A DNA stretch of 64,000 nt, from positions 14,260,001-14,324,000 of the forward strand of contig OZ024745.1 in the NCBI GenBank assembly GCA_964016885.1, written 5' to 3'. Under the pieces are notes generated by a model that saw only the letters and a list, made by a program, of their open reading frames with translations, was not told the DNA's origin and did no database searches. The position numbers were made by a program, and so were the translations under genes. Source of the stretch: Eledone cirrhosa. Its lineage: Eukaryota. Of the stretch, positions 11,901 through 23,060 are shown in pieces (positions within the stretch are counted from its first letter, which is position 1; every line of letters begins with the position of its first letter).

Positions 11901-14117
11901 AGTGGTTGCTGTAGTGGTGGCTGTAGTGGTGGCTGTAGTACTGGCTGTAGTGGTGGCTGTAGTGGTGGCTGTAGTGGTTGCTGTAGTGGTGGCTGTAGTG
12001 GTGGCTGTAGTGGTGGCTGTAGTGGTGGCTGTAGTGGTGGCTGTAGTGGTGGCTGTAGTGCTGGCTGTAGTACTGGCTGTAGTGGTGGCTGTAGTGTTGG
12101 CTGTAGTGGTGGCTGTAGTGGTGGCTGTAGTAGTGGCTGTAGTGGTGGCTGTAGTGGTGGCTGTAGTGGTTGCTGTAGTGGTGGCTGTAGTGGTGGCTGT
12201 AGTGGTGGCTGTAGTGGTGGCTGTAGTGGTTGCTGTAGTGGTGGCTGTAGTGGTGGCTGTAGTACTGGCTGTAGTGGTGGCTGTAGTGGTGGCTGTAGTG
12301 GTTGCTGTAGTGGTGGCTGTAGTGGTGGCTGTAGTGGTGGCTGTAGTACTGGCTGTAGTGGTGGCTGTAGTGGTGGCTGTAGTGGTGGCTGTAGTGGTGG
12401 CTGTATTGGTTGCTGTAGTGGTGGCTGTAGTGGTTGCTGTAATGGTGGCTGTAGTGGTGGCTGTAGTGGTGGCTGTATTGGTTGCTGTAGTGGTTGCTGT
12501 AGTGGTGGCTGTAATGGTGGCTGTAGTGGTGGCTGTAGTGGTGGCTGTATTGGTTGCTGTAGTGGTGGCTGTAGTGGTTGCTGTAGTGGTGGCTGTAGTG
12601 GTGGCTGTAGTACTGGCTGTAGTGGTGGCTGTAGTGGTGGCTGTAGTGGTGGCTGTAGTAGTGGCTGTAGTAGTGGCTGTAGTGGTGGCTGTAGTGGTGG
12701 CTGTAGTGGTTGCTGTAGTGGTGGCTGTAGTGGTGGCTGTAGTGGTGGCTGTAGTGGTGGCTGTAGTGGTGGCTGTAGTGGTGGCTGTAGTGGTGGGTGT
12801 AGTATTGGCTGTAGTAGTGGCTGTAGTGGTGGCTGTAGTGGTGGCTGTAGTGGTGGCTGTAGTATTGGCTGTAGTGGTGGCTGTAGTGGTGGCTGTAGTG
12901 GTGGCTGTAGTGGTGGCTGTAGTGGTGGCTGTAGTGGTGGCTGTAGTGGTGGGTGTAGTGGTTGCTGTAGTGGTGGCTGTAGTGGTGGGTGTAGTATTGG
13001 CTGTAGTAGTGGCTGTAGTGGTGGCTGTAGTGGTGGCTGTAGTGGTGGCTGTAGTATTGGCTGTAGTGGTGGCTGTAGTGGTGGCTGTAGTGGTGGCTGT
13101 AGTGGTGGCTGTAGTGGTGGCTGTAGTGGTGGCTGTAGTGGTGGCTGTAGTGGTGGCTGTAGTGGTGGCTGTAGTGGTGGGTGTAGTATTGGCTGTAGTA
13201 GTGGCTGTAGTGGTGGCTGTAGTGGTGGCTGTAGTGGTGGCTGTAGTATTGGCTGTAGTGGTGGCTGTAGTGGTGGCTGTAGTGGTGGCTGTAGTGGTGG
13301 CTGTAGTGGTGGCTGTAGTGGTGGCTGTAGTGGTGGCTGTAGTGGTGGGTGTAGTATTGGCTGTAGTAGTGGCTGTAGTGGTGGCTGTAGTGGTGGCTGT
13401 AGTGGTGGCTGTAGTATTGGCTGTAGTGGTGGCTGTAGTGGTGGCTGTAGTGGTGGCTGTAGTGGTGGCTGTAGTGGTGGCTGTAGTGGTGGCTGTAGTG
13501 GTGGGTGTAGTGGTTGCTGTAGTGGTGGCTGTAGTGGTGGCTGTAGTAGTGGCTGTAGTGGTGGCTGTAGTGGTGGCTGTAGTGGTGGCTGTAGTATTGG
13601 CTGTAGTGGTGGCTGTAGTGGTGGCTGTAGTGGTGGCTGTAGTGGTGGCTGTAGTGGTGGCTGTAGTGGTGGCTGTAGTGGTGGGTGTAGTGGTTGCTGT
13701 AGTGGTGGCTGTAGTGGTGGCTGTAGTAGTGGCTGTAGTGGTGGCTGTAGTGGTGGCTGTAGTGGTGGCTGTAGTATTGGCTGTAGTGGTGGCTGTAGTG
13801 GTGGCTGTAGTGGTGGCTGTAGTGGTGGCTGTAGTGGTGGCTGTAGTGGTGGCTGTAGTAGTGGCTGTAGTGGTGGCTGTAGTAGTGGCTGTAGTGGTGG
13901 GTGTAGTGGTTGCTGTAGTGGTGGCTGTAGTGGTGGCTGTAGTAGTGGCTGTAGTGGTGGCTGTAGTAGTGGCTGTAGTAGTGGCTGTAGTAGTGGCTGT
14001 AGTGGTGGCTGTAGTAGTGGCTGTAGTGGTGGCTGTAGTGGTGGCTGTAGTAGATGTCGTTCTTTTCATCACTGTTATTGTTGCCTCCAATGAAAGTACT
14101 GAGTTAACAATAATAGG
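8946..14117 (-). CDS. Probable terminal exon of a mucin-like Thr/Ala-rich protein, (TTTA)n, ~1720 aa
   Basis: Open frame across ~425 12-bp units. The commonest variants (ACC/ACT, GCC/GCA) are synonymous in this frame. In-frame acceptor TTTCATTGTAG| at 14128-14118, TAG stop at 8948-8946, AATAAA at 8913-8908. Confidence 0.65.
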   Translation of the reverse strand, partial: PIIVNSVLSLEATITVMKRTTSTTATTTATTTATTTATTTATTTATTTATTTATTTATTTATTTATTTATTTPTTTATTTATTTATTTATTTATTTATTTATTTATTTATTTANTTATTTATTTATTTATTTATTTATTTATTTPTTTATTTATTTATTTATTTATTTATTTANTTATTTATTTATTTATTTATTTATTTATTTPTTTATTTATTTATTTATTTATTTATTTANTTATTTATTTATTTATTTANTTPTTTATTTATTTATTTATTTATTTATTTATTTANTTATTTATTTATTTATTTANTTPTTTATTTATTTATTTATTTATTTATTTATTTATTTATTTANTTATTTATTTATTTATTTANTTPTTTATTTATTTPTTTATTTATTTATTTATTTATTTATTTANTTATTTATTTATTTATTTANTTPTTTATTTATTTATTTATTTATTTATTTATTTATTTATTTATTTATTTATTTATTTATTTASTTATTTATTTATTTATTTATNTATTTATTTATITATTTATTTATNTATTTATTTATITATTTATTTATNTATTTATTTATTTATTTASTTATTTATTTATTTATTTATTTATTTASTTATTTATTTATTTATTTATTTATTTATTTATTTATTTATTTATTTATTTATTTANTTATTTASTTASTTATTTATTTATTTATTTATTTATTTATTTATTTATTTASTTATTTATTTATTTATTTATTTATTTATTTATTTATTTATTTATTTATTTATTTATTTATTTATTTATTTATTAATTTATTTATTTATTTATTTATTTASTTATTTATTTATTTATTTATTTATTTATTTATTTASTTATTTATTTATTTATTTATTTATTTATTTATTTATTTATTTATTTASTTATTTATTTATTTATTTATTTATTTATTTATTTATTTATTTATITATTTATTTATTTATTTATTTATTTATTTATTTATTTATTTATTTATTTATTTATTTATTTATTTATTTATTTATTTATTTATTTATITATTTATTTATTTATTTATTTATTTATTTATITATTTATTTATTTATTTATTTATITATTTATTTATTTATTTATTTATTTATTTATITATTTATTTATTTATTTASTTATTTATTTATTTATTTATTTATTTATTTATITATTTATTTATTTATTTATTTATTTATTTATTTATTTATTTATTTATTTATTTATTTATTTATTTATTTATTTATTTATTTATTTATTTATTTATTTATTTATTTATTTATTTATTTATTTATTTATTTATTTATITATTTATTTATTAATTTATTTATTTATTTATTTATTTATTTATTTATTTATTTATTTATTTATTTATITAITTATTTATTTATTTATTTATTTATTTATTTATTTATTTATTTATTTATTTATTTATTTATTTATTIATTTATTTATTTTTTTATTTATTTATTTATTTATTTATTTATTTATTTATTTATTTATTTATTTATTTATTTATTTATTTATTAATTTATTTATTTATTTATTTATTTATTTATTTATTTATTTSTTTATTTATTTATTTATTTATTTATTTATTTATTTATTTATTTATTIASTTTATTATTTTTTTAISTTTATTIPTTTATTTAISTTTATTTATTTATTTATTTTTTTAISTTTATTTATTIPTTTTTTTATTIPTTTPTAIQ
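8950..14052. repeat. 12-bp tandem repeat (GTAGTGGTGGCT)n, ~5.1 kb
   Basis: Directly visible in the sequence. Confidence 0.99.
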
Positions 14118-14228
14118 CTACAATGAAATGATGAATTAATTTAAAATTCATCGTAGTTTAGATGAGAGAGTTGTTTATACGAGACGGCTCTGTTGTATTA
14201 TATTTCAGTATAATATGTAGGAGGTTTA

Positions 14229-14686
14229 TTGGCAGAGTCGTTCCAATGTCAGATAGAATTCCAGTAGTCCTTCCGTCTATCTGCTCTCGTTTTAAGTCCC
14301 GTCGCCGTTAACTTTGCCTTTTATTCTTTCGAGGTCGATAAATAAGTACCAGTCGAGTACTGGGTCGATTCTTCCTCTATATTTATCACCTCCTATCTCC
14401 CCTCTTTCTATCCTTCTTTGAAAGAAATCTGCTGTATTTAGGCCCTGAGAGGTGATGGGCTCCGCCAGCCATAAAATCCCTAAGAAACGCTGTATACCAC
14501 TCCGACGCCTCTATGACTCCACCAGCAGTTACGGGACCATGCATAATATATATGTATAAGCGAATTGGCAGAGTCGTTTTAACGTCGGCTTGAATGCTTT
14601 AGGGTATTCGATCCGTCGAGGTCAAAATTACATTTTATCCTTTCAAGGTCGACCACTAAAACACCAGTCCAGTACTGGGGTCGATT
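14229..14686 (+). mobile_element. Two diverged SINE family-A-like copies (14229-14368, 14564-14686)
   Basis: TTGGCAGAGTCGTT heads and GGTCGATAAATAAGTACCAGTC..GTACTGGG core. Confidence 0.65.
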
Positions 14687-14774
14687 CTTCCTGTATATTT
14701 CTTCCTCATTTCCCCTGTCTCTTTCACTCGAAGAAAGCGTCTGTGTGTTTAAACCTGAAAAACCACGGGTCCCG

Positions 14775-14850
14775 CTATGTTTAAAATGCTATGTTTAAAA
14801 TGCTATGTTTAAAATGCTATGTTTAAAATGTTATCTTTAAAATGCTAGGC
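14775..14850. repeat. 14-bp tandem repeat (GCTATGTTTAAAAT) x~5
   Basis: Directly visible in the sequence. Confidence 0.9.
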
Positions 14851-15657
14851 TTAATTTTTTTCCCCTGTTCTTTATAATCTAAGTTCTAATACCAACGTGG
14901 TCAACTTTATCGTTTATCCTTCTACGAATAGAACTAAGGATTTCTGATTTAGGCACAAGGCCAATCTACGGGTAGAAATAATAAAACGCCAGTCAAGTAT
15001 TGGAGTCGATTGGGGATTTTGTTTTTATAATTTGTCTTCTTTTCTGTGATGTACTTGTACGCTCAGTTCGGCAGTAGTTGAAATGATTTGAAACCAGTTT
15101 GCGGTTTACTTCCTGTTCATTATTCATTTCAGGCATATATATTTTTATTTTCAGTAAAAATATGAAGCACATTTAAACTATTGAGTAGCGAAATCTCGCA
15201 ATATCATGAAAAACCATTGACATTATATAAAAAACTATTGAGTTGTATCTCATAAAAACCCCAGTGATTGTTAAAGCTTGACTATGTAACAACCTTTTCG
15301 ATATTAATTGTGTATCAACTATTTCATTAAACAAATATTATACGAAAACAAAACATACTATTAATGGGAACAAGAAAGAAAATGCAAAGACGCAAAAGAA
15401 GAAAATAAATGAAGAAACGAAAGAAAGTGAGAGGCATTACCGCGGTAAATTGGGTTGATGTTGGTATTTCCATAGTTTAATTGAGTTTATCATTGTATCA
15501 TGGAGGAGGGTGTCTGAGTGTCTGGCGACAAACCTGGTGTTTGGAAGTAAATTCAAACAAAACTTTGATGGAAAGAAACATTCAATTAAAAAGAAAATTA
15601 GTTTCGCTCTAACATAGCGGATACGTAAATGCATTCGTGAATTTTATATACAATAAT

Positions 15658-15838
15658 AATTGTTTCTACTTTTGGCACAAGGCCAGCAATTATCCCAGTG
15701 TATTACTGGTGCTTTATTTTATCGACCCCGTAAGGATGAAAGGCAAAGTTAACCTCGGCGGGATTTGAATTCAGACCATAAAGGGCCGTAACTCTTTGCT
15801 ATAAAGCATGGTGTCAGACCCTCTACCGATACTGCCAA
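15658..15838 (-). mobile_element. tRNA-derived SINE (family A)
   Basis: High similarity to 5699-5885. Confidence 0.85.
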
Positions 15839-17432
15839 TAATATTCAATTCATTTTCAAGCAAACAGCCTCATTGTTTTAGACGACCATTATCTAAAACA
15901 TAGAGAATACTATATATTCTCAAGTGTGTGACAGAGAGATACACAATATTGAGAAAGTACAATTACACAGAAACAATATTATTATCGATTGTTTCTCTGT
16001 GTCACCACTAGAACAAAAGGATGATGATAGTCATCTAAAACATATAGTATAATGAGGCTGTTTGCTTGAAAACAAATCGAATATTATTATTATTTGATAT
16101 AAAACTCACGAAAACATTTAATTACTTTTCAAAATAATAAATGATATGTGTCACTGGCTACAAAAATATACTGTTACTTCACCAAGAGACATATCTTAAG
16201 ACACAGTTTATGACTTATAATAAAAGTCGAAGGATTAACTTATTCCTTCATTATATATTTTTTATTTAGAAAGTTACAGATAACTATTTTCGGAAAATGA
16301 GAAAAAAACAAAAAGAAGACAAAAAATAAAAACAACAAAAATATCAAAACAAAAACAAAAACCCGGTGAGATTAAATTTCTAAATCCGGACGAAATATTT
16401 CACCAGTTATTAATAATAATAAAAGATAAAAACTAACAACTTAAAAAAACAAATATTCTGTAAAACCTTATCCCGCTTGAAAAATAATCAATCTTGAGAA
16501 AAAAAATTATAAATAGAAGCAGAGGTAATAAGCTGTCAGTTATCTTATAAAACTGAAAATAATAAAGAAAATGAAAATATAAAAACTATACGGAATGGGA
16601 ATAACCATCCTAGAAATGTTGATACTGACTGACTTTTGTATTTAATACGACCAGCTGGAAGTGAGATGAATAATATATTCCGTTATCAATCAAACATTCG
16701 TACAATAAGGACGAAAGAAGAAATACAGGAATTCAGACAGTCTTTTTCTGCCATAAGTTAATGTGGTTGTTGGAAATCGATTTGTAAAAGATAGTATTTT
16801 GTTTATTGTTAACAACAGAGATCTGACACTCCAAGTCTGATCTATCATTCAGGAAAAATATTCGGTCATCTATATATTAAATGAATTGAGGCAAAGCATA
16901 TCAAAATCGCATCTCCCTTTAAAATCACTGATTGTGATTGATTAACTATGAGGGTTTTGGGAAAGACAAAATAGAAAAAAATTCTAAATGGAATTACAAT
17001 AGAAAAATCAACTTGTATGCTTGATTAGACAATGACTATAGATTCCTCTGTAGAATTTAATAAAAGATAGCTGACTATTGAATTTTATGCTTTCATTAAG
17101 ACTGCCAACTGCTGAGAATGTTATTTATAACCAAAAATGCATTTTTCAAACAAGGTTTTACATTAAACATTGAAAAACAGAAAGTGAATCTATAATTCAA
17201 TTATTGATTACAATGAAATAAAAAGAAAAGAAAAATCTACACGATTGAGTTACTTTAATTTAAATACAGGATTGATAATTGGTTTAAATGGCATTTTGGC
17301 AGAGAATTTAGAAACGTTACAACTCAATGGAAGTTGTTGATGAAATATATTTCTAAAGTTTCACTTATTAACATTTATTAACAAATGACTCTGTTTACTT
17401 GCTATCAAAAACTTCCAGACTTTTGAGCTTAC

Positions 17433-17480
17433 GGAGATGAAATAATAAATAAGCGTAAATTTGCAACAAACTTGTCTGAC
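17433..17480 (-). CDS. Candidate 48-nt upstream exon of the mucin-like gene (VRQVCCKFTLIYYFIS)
   Basis: ATTCTTTAGTTTTAG| acceptor and |GTAAG donor. Read in phase 0 it joins PIIVNSVLSLEAT to give a signal-peptide-like stretch. Confidence 0.3.
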
Positions 17481-17541
17481 CTAAAACTAAAGAATACTTT
17501 CTCAATATTATCGCCCTCTTCTCCGCCAGGTGTAACTGAGA

Positions 17542-17738
17542 TACGAGGGTCGACTGAAAGGTTTATAGGCTAAACAGTTCATAGGCTGAATAAGAAACTC
17601 TCATGGAATGACCAAATGAGGTTTCTTTTTCAAGTTATTAATAAGAAGAGTTGAAATTTGCAAGAAACATGCAATATTTCACAGCCCTAACATCACCCCC
17701 TCATAATCAGCCTGTGAACCTTTAGACCGACCCTCGTA
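17542..17738. mobile_element. Mariner-type MITE
   Basis: TA-CGAGGGTCGACTGAAAG...CTTTAGACCGACCCTCG-TA terminal inverted repeats with TA flanks. Second copy at 58900-59100. Confidence 0.8.
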
Positions 17739-17859
17739 TATGTCATCCAGCCAAGGGTGTAGTATTTTCCTCTCTCAATTGTGTGATGTGTGACAGCTCA
17801 CACCTACGAAGGTTTAGCTGGCCTCCTCCAAAGTATATCTCGTTGGAGGTGTCTTGGGT

Positions 17860-18032
17860 AATTTAATGATAGGGACCCCAGTCCTATCATCTCATTACTA
17901 CAGCTGAGTAAACTGGAGCAACGTGAAATAAAGTGTCTTGCTCAAGGAAACAACACATTACCCGCTCCGAGAATTGAACTCATAACCTTTCGATTGCAAG
18001 CCCAATGCTCTAACCACTAAGCCATGCGCCTT
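17860..18032 (-). mobile_element. tRNA-derived SINE (family B)
   Basis: Minus strand reads TGGCTTAGTGGTTAGAGC A-box, GAGTTCAATTC B-box, then TTGAGCAAGACACTT body. Confidence 0.75.
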
Positions 18033-18416
18033 CACTCCTATCTCAATTCCCCTCCTTTAAATCTTTTTATTTTTTTCGGTTTCATTCCGGTTACTATGGT
18101 AAATTGTATTATTTTCCTATTTAAATCAAACAAAACATACATTCATTAGAAATATATTATCTAAAAAGAAGTTGCCACTTCCATCGTCTGTCTTATTTTT
18201 CCTGTTTGTTTTTATAACAATTCATACTTGAATTTGTTTTTGTACTGTTTTGAAATCCATGCTTAGACTTGATTATTAGCGTCACTAATTAGTTACGGTG
18301 ATGTGTTTTTTCTTCGTGTTATTTAAAGTTATCTATCACAATTTCGAACTCAAATCCTAGCAAAGCTCTTCTTCACTTTTATTCGTCCATGTTCATACAC
18401 GCACATACATGCACAT

Positions 18417-18555
18417 GTACTTTATTTTATCGACCCCGTAAGGGTGAAAGGAAAAGTTAACCATCGTAGGATTTGAACTCAGAACGTAGAGGGGCATAAC
18501 TATATACCGCAAAGCATGTTGTCCGACGATCTACCGGTCCTACAGCCAATCCACA
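18417..18555 (-). mobile_element. SINE family A, partial
   Basis: TACTTTATTTTATCGACCCCGTAAG core plus head remnant. Confidence 0.75.
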
Positions 18556-20777
18556 ACATTATATATAATAATAAAACTTTGCATTTGTAGTGAGTTATCT
18601 TTCTTCTAGAATGTCTTTTATAAATGCTGTCAGTGAGATGTATAGGGAACAAGAGAAAACTAGATATAAAGTGAAATATATCTATTAAACCATTATATAT
18701 GTTGAAATCTTATAAATTCAATACACTACCAAATATATGTTGTACATATATATTGACTTCTCTTCTAGAATAAAAGAATAAGACTGCCTCAAGATTGGCG
18801 GCTCATCTGGTCGGTGCTTATTCGGGTTTCGTTGGTGTTAAGCGACTGGAGTTACAAAACTCCTGCCCCCCTTTCCCAGGTCAGGGCGCCAGTCCATCGC
18901 AGAGTTAACTCACAGCTACTGCTGATACTCATTTTCCGTTTATAATTGTGTTAGTTATGTTTATAGGAAGCATAGTTATGTTTATATAAATCATAAAGTG
19001 GAATATAACTATCAAACCGTTATATCTATTGAAAACCTCTTACCAATTCGATATTCTAGATGTTTCTTGATGATTATTTGTTGCAATACTAAAAATAACG
19101 CACAAAATATGATTACTTTCTTAAAAAGTTACATAATATTACGAAACATTTTCACACTTCTTACAGGAATACTTCGATAAGCAAACCTGATTTGAATATA
19201 ATTTTTGAGACTTTTATTACTTATTAAAGATAATTATAACCAATTTATTACACGATCTTGATTGATTTATGGAAGATCTGATAATTTCATTTCAAAATAT
19301 GTTTCAATAATTAAAAAAAAAATCGTTAATGTCTGAACTATATATGGAACAAAAAATATTTCCGCTGGGAAAATTCTTTTAGTTAAATCTCTAAATATAA
19401 GAAATATAATTAAATGTATATTACAGACTTGCTAATATTAGTCTGTTTATACAAAAATCAAGCATTGCTCGAGGAAAGTGTACGCATGTATAAAATATAT
19501 ATATGCAGCGAAAAATTTATAAAATGTTCGTAGTAATTCCGCGTAAGTCTTAATTAAATACTGCTCAGGTAAACATCCGACTAGCTTGAGGCATATCTCT
19601 AAATTACTGTTCAATGAGAAACACACATGTCTTCATCCGTGCAAATACATTAATGAAATATAGAAGTGAAGTACATAGGTCAAAGGTGAAACAAATAAGT
19701 CTTGTTTGAACTACAGACACAAGTATTTAGGAAAGTTGGTGAACGAGAAAAGAGTTTAAAGCTGTTGTTTTTCTTTAAATTGTAAGTCTCTAATATGATT
19801 TCGTTTATTCTTCACACCTTCCATTTCTGTCATCCCAGTAGCTTAAACAAGACCTTTCTTTGTATTTGTTTCATGATAACGCTACTATTTCAGGTCCCTT
19901 GGAAAACATTAGATGGGTGTTACCTCGTGTTCCTACTGGAATTGTGAATATGTTACCTCGGGAGATAGTGAGAGAGTTGCACTGAAAGAACCAATTTAGC
20001 TCGCAGGGCTCGTTCTTGCAGATGGTCATCTCTGTCCCGATCACAGAATGTGTTCCACGATAAATTTATCGGAGAGCGGCCACTATTGTGATAGCTTTCA
20101 ATCTTCAGTGATAAAGATGTTAACGAGAAAAAATTAACATTACACTAGCAAAAAACAAACCAGCAAACATTCTGCTGACTTTGAAGTTAGACTTACTCTA
20201 GGGTATATTTGGGCCCAAATATGCCATCAGCTTGCTCCACCACTTTATATGGTGGTGTATCCACTCGGAAGCCGATTATAAGGAACCCGGTTGCACCTCA
20301 TATTTTTGTCCCTGAGAATTTAGGCTTCTTTGGTGGATGTGTATTAACTGCTCTTTTATTTGAAATTTGTCAGACTAAGCCTACTAGTTATGTGTTACCT
20401 TTGCATCACTGAGGTGACCTAATAATATTGAAATATATCCTATGTTGTTATAGTAGCTACCAAAGATCAACCTCCTTGTATATATCCATTTGTCATATAT
20501 GCCTTTATTCTGAATAGCACTATGTTAGCGTTAGCACTAATTAATACTAACTCGTCAAGTTTGTACTATATGTCAATAAGTTAAACAACAATAGTTTGCT
20601 TACAATATCTATAAGAATATATCGGCTTCCATACCTCAATATCTGGGCGTAAATGAGCGAGCAATGACGAACTGTAACGATAGTGAAATGTTTCCACCAC
20701 TCTTAACTCGATGCTGAGATAGATGTGATATGATTACAGCTTAAAATACTCACAACTAATATGAATATATGTTGATT

Positions 20778-20961
20778 GGATTGGCAGTATCGGTAGACAG
20801 TCGGACGCCATGCTTTGCAGCAAAGAGTTACGACCCTTTATGGTCTGAGTTCAAATCCCGCCGAGGTTAACTTTGCCTTTCATCCTTACGAGGTCGATAA
20901 AATAAAGTACCAGTAATGCACTGGGATAATTGCCGGCCTTGTGTCAAAAGTAGAAATAATT
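20778..20961 (+). mobile_element. tRNA-derived SINE (family A)
   Basis: Full-length copy, reverse complement of 15658-15838. Confidence 0.85.
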
Positions 20962-22399
20962 ATATGTAAATATATTTTACGGGGATTTAGTAAAAATTAC
21001 GCTGTGTTAGTGCTATCACTTTTATTTCACATTGCATAACTCTTTATTTCATGTTGCTCTTTCTGCAAGAAGTTGTGATCGGTATATAGTATTAGCAAGG
21101 GAAAGACCAATGGAAACATTAATTCCTTGGTCCAATTTGCCGAGTTGTACTTCACTAAGAGAATGAGGTTTTGGATCTTGTCGATTTATTTGATCGGCTG
21201 CTATCGTTAGTAAATGTGGTTAGTTTAAAGAATTGAAACCGAGTTTGTTTCGGTTATAATTATAGTTGCAGCTGCAGTGAATTTAACCTTTGTTATATCG
21301 CGTCTATTTAATAAAATCAATTTATTTTAATTACGAAAAAAAAACAAACAAAAACAATCAAAGACAAAACAAAGAAAGAAACAAAGAGCAAAACAACAGC
21401 AAACGATTTTACTTGGTGAAATTGTTCTTTCAAAATGTGTCTAAATTAACGGTTATTTATTCATGTCAGGAGCCTTCAATTAACAATCATTACATTTAAA
21501 TGGCCAAAGAAGTTGCGGACGCTACCTGTTTCTATATTCACAGTTGAACGACTTCGTTGAATAAAGAACATAAAGTAACCATGTTTTAGTGGAATAAATA
21601 TGAATAATTTCATCACTGAATCGAAATAAAGAAGTTATCAAGATGCAACTCACAAGTATTTCAATTTTCTTCTTTATTTAATGATTGAAATCGTATGGAA
21701 ATGTTAAAACAGAATACATTTCATACAGAATGTATGTAGAGGCAGGAATCAGTAAACAGATATACAATATTCAAATATTTTCTTTACATTTTCTTTTCTA
21801 TTCTAAAAGAGATTAAACTAATTTATAATTCTTCAAATCAAAGATCAAAATCTTGTTTTATCCATGAAATTAACATTTAAAAAAAGTTCTAAATATCATT
21901 TAAGTATTTGGGATAAAACACTAACTCTGCAAATTGGATTTATTATAATCTAATAATTAATAAATAATAAATTTCAATAAATTGTTGTCATAATAAGTTA
22001 TTACTTTGAAAATGAATTTACGTTTGTTTACTATTTAGAAAATATTTCGAACTAACTAACACACTGCAAGTTAATTTTCATGATGTTACTTGAGATAAAT
22101 CTAGATAGTTGTTGTATTTATTGTCTCTAGATAGATACATAGGTAGGTAGATGCTGCTTGACTACTGAACATCTTGTCAACAGTGTTAAAAGATGGAGAT
22201 GTAGGAAAGAAGATTTCAAACTACCATTTCCCTCTCAATGTTAGAAAGTGTTACTTGTGTTTTCTTATAAATATATCTATTATCACTATCATTATTTAAA
22301 ACCATGTTCCCTAGTAGCAAGGATATATGGTTATATAAGCGCCTGTGTGTGTGTGTGTATGCACACTCATACACACACAGGTTGGGAGTCCGTTTTAAG

Positions 22400-23060
22400 G
22401 ATGAGAGGAGACGTTCATGGAATATGAAGGAAGTGGCGGATTCTAAACAAAGAATGAAAAATGTATATTGAATGGATTGTTGAAGAGGATGGGAGATGAG
22501 AGGAAAGGGCAAATAGTCAAGGTCAAGGGTGAGGTGAATGTGCGATGTTGGGGACTGAAGTACGAAGAAAGTTGCAGGCTCGAAGAAGGACGATGCGAAC
22601 AATTCTGTGTTGATGACTACGCCACTTAAATGCCGCGCCATAAGTTGGAACTAGCTCTAAAAATTCTGGTCTTTCTTACAAATGCGGCGAATATATAGGA
22701 GTTGTGAGTAGAAGATAGAAGATTTCAAATGGTTGGGATGGGTAGAGGGGAAGTTGAAGTAAGGAATGGGCTTGTTGAAAACGGAATTAGAGAGTGAGGT
22801 TGGTTGGTCGATGGTAACAAAGATGTCAAGGAGATTAACAGAGGTGGAAGAGATGATGGAAGTAAAGCCAGGAGCTGTGTGGCAAAAATCGGCGTAGTCG
22901 ATAATGGTGGCACGTTGGGCGTGAGGGAGGGTGGTGACATTAATACAATCATCGGTGGATCTGCCATAAAGTTCCGGGATCGGACAATGAACTCTGCAAA
23001 TATTAGGGCCTCAACATAGCCATGGGAAACCAGTACTCTGCTGGTAAAATTCACCATAAA
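22400..23060 (-). pseudogene. Decayed Penelope-like (Neptune-like) reverse transcriptase fragment
   Basis: Manual translation gives GEFYQQSTGFP (motif B), a degenerate ..TDDCI, then FTSIISSTSVNLLDIFV...FNKP...PSTHPNHLKSSIFYSQLLYIRRIC (PLE thumb). Stops and frameshifts are present. Confidence 0.7.

Noticed and set aside
8949-14139. Plus-strand (SGGC)n and (VVVA)n giant ORFs
   Set aside because: They are stop-free as a by-product of the 12-mer. Common variants are non-synonymous in the SGGC frame, poly-Val is implausible, and the splice/polyA signals favour the minus strand.
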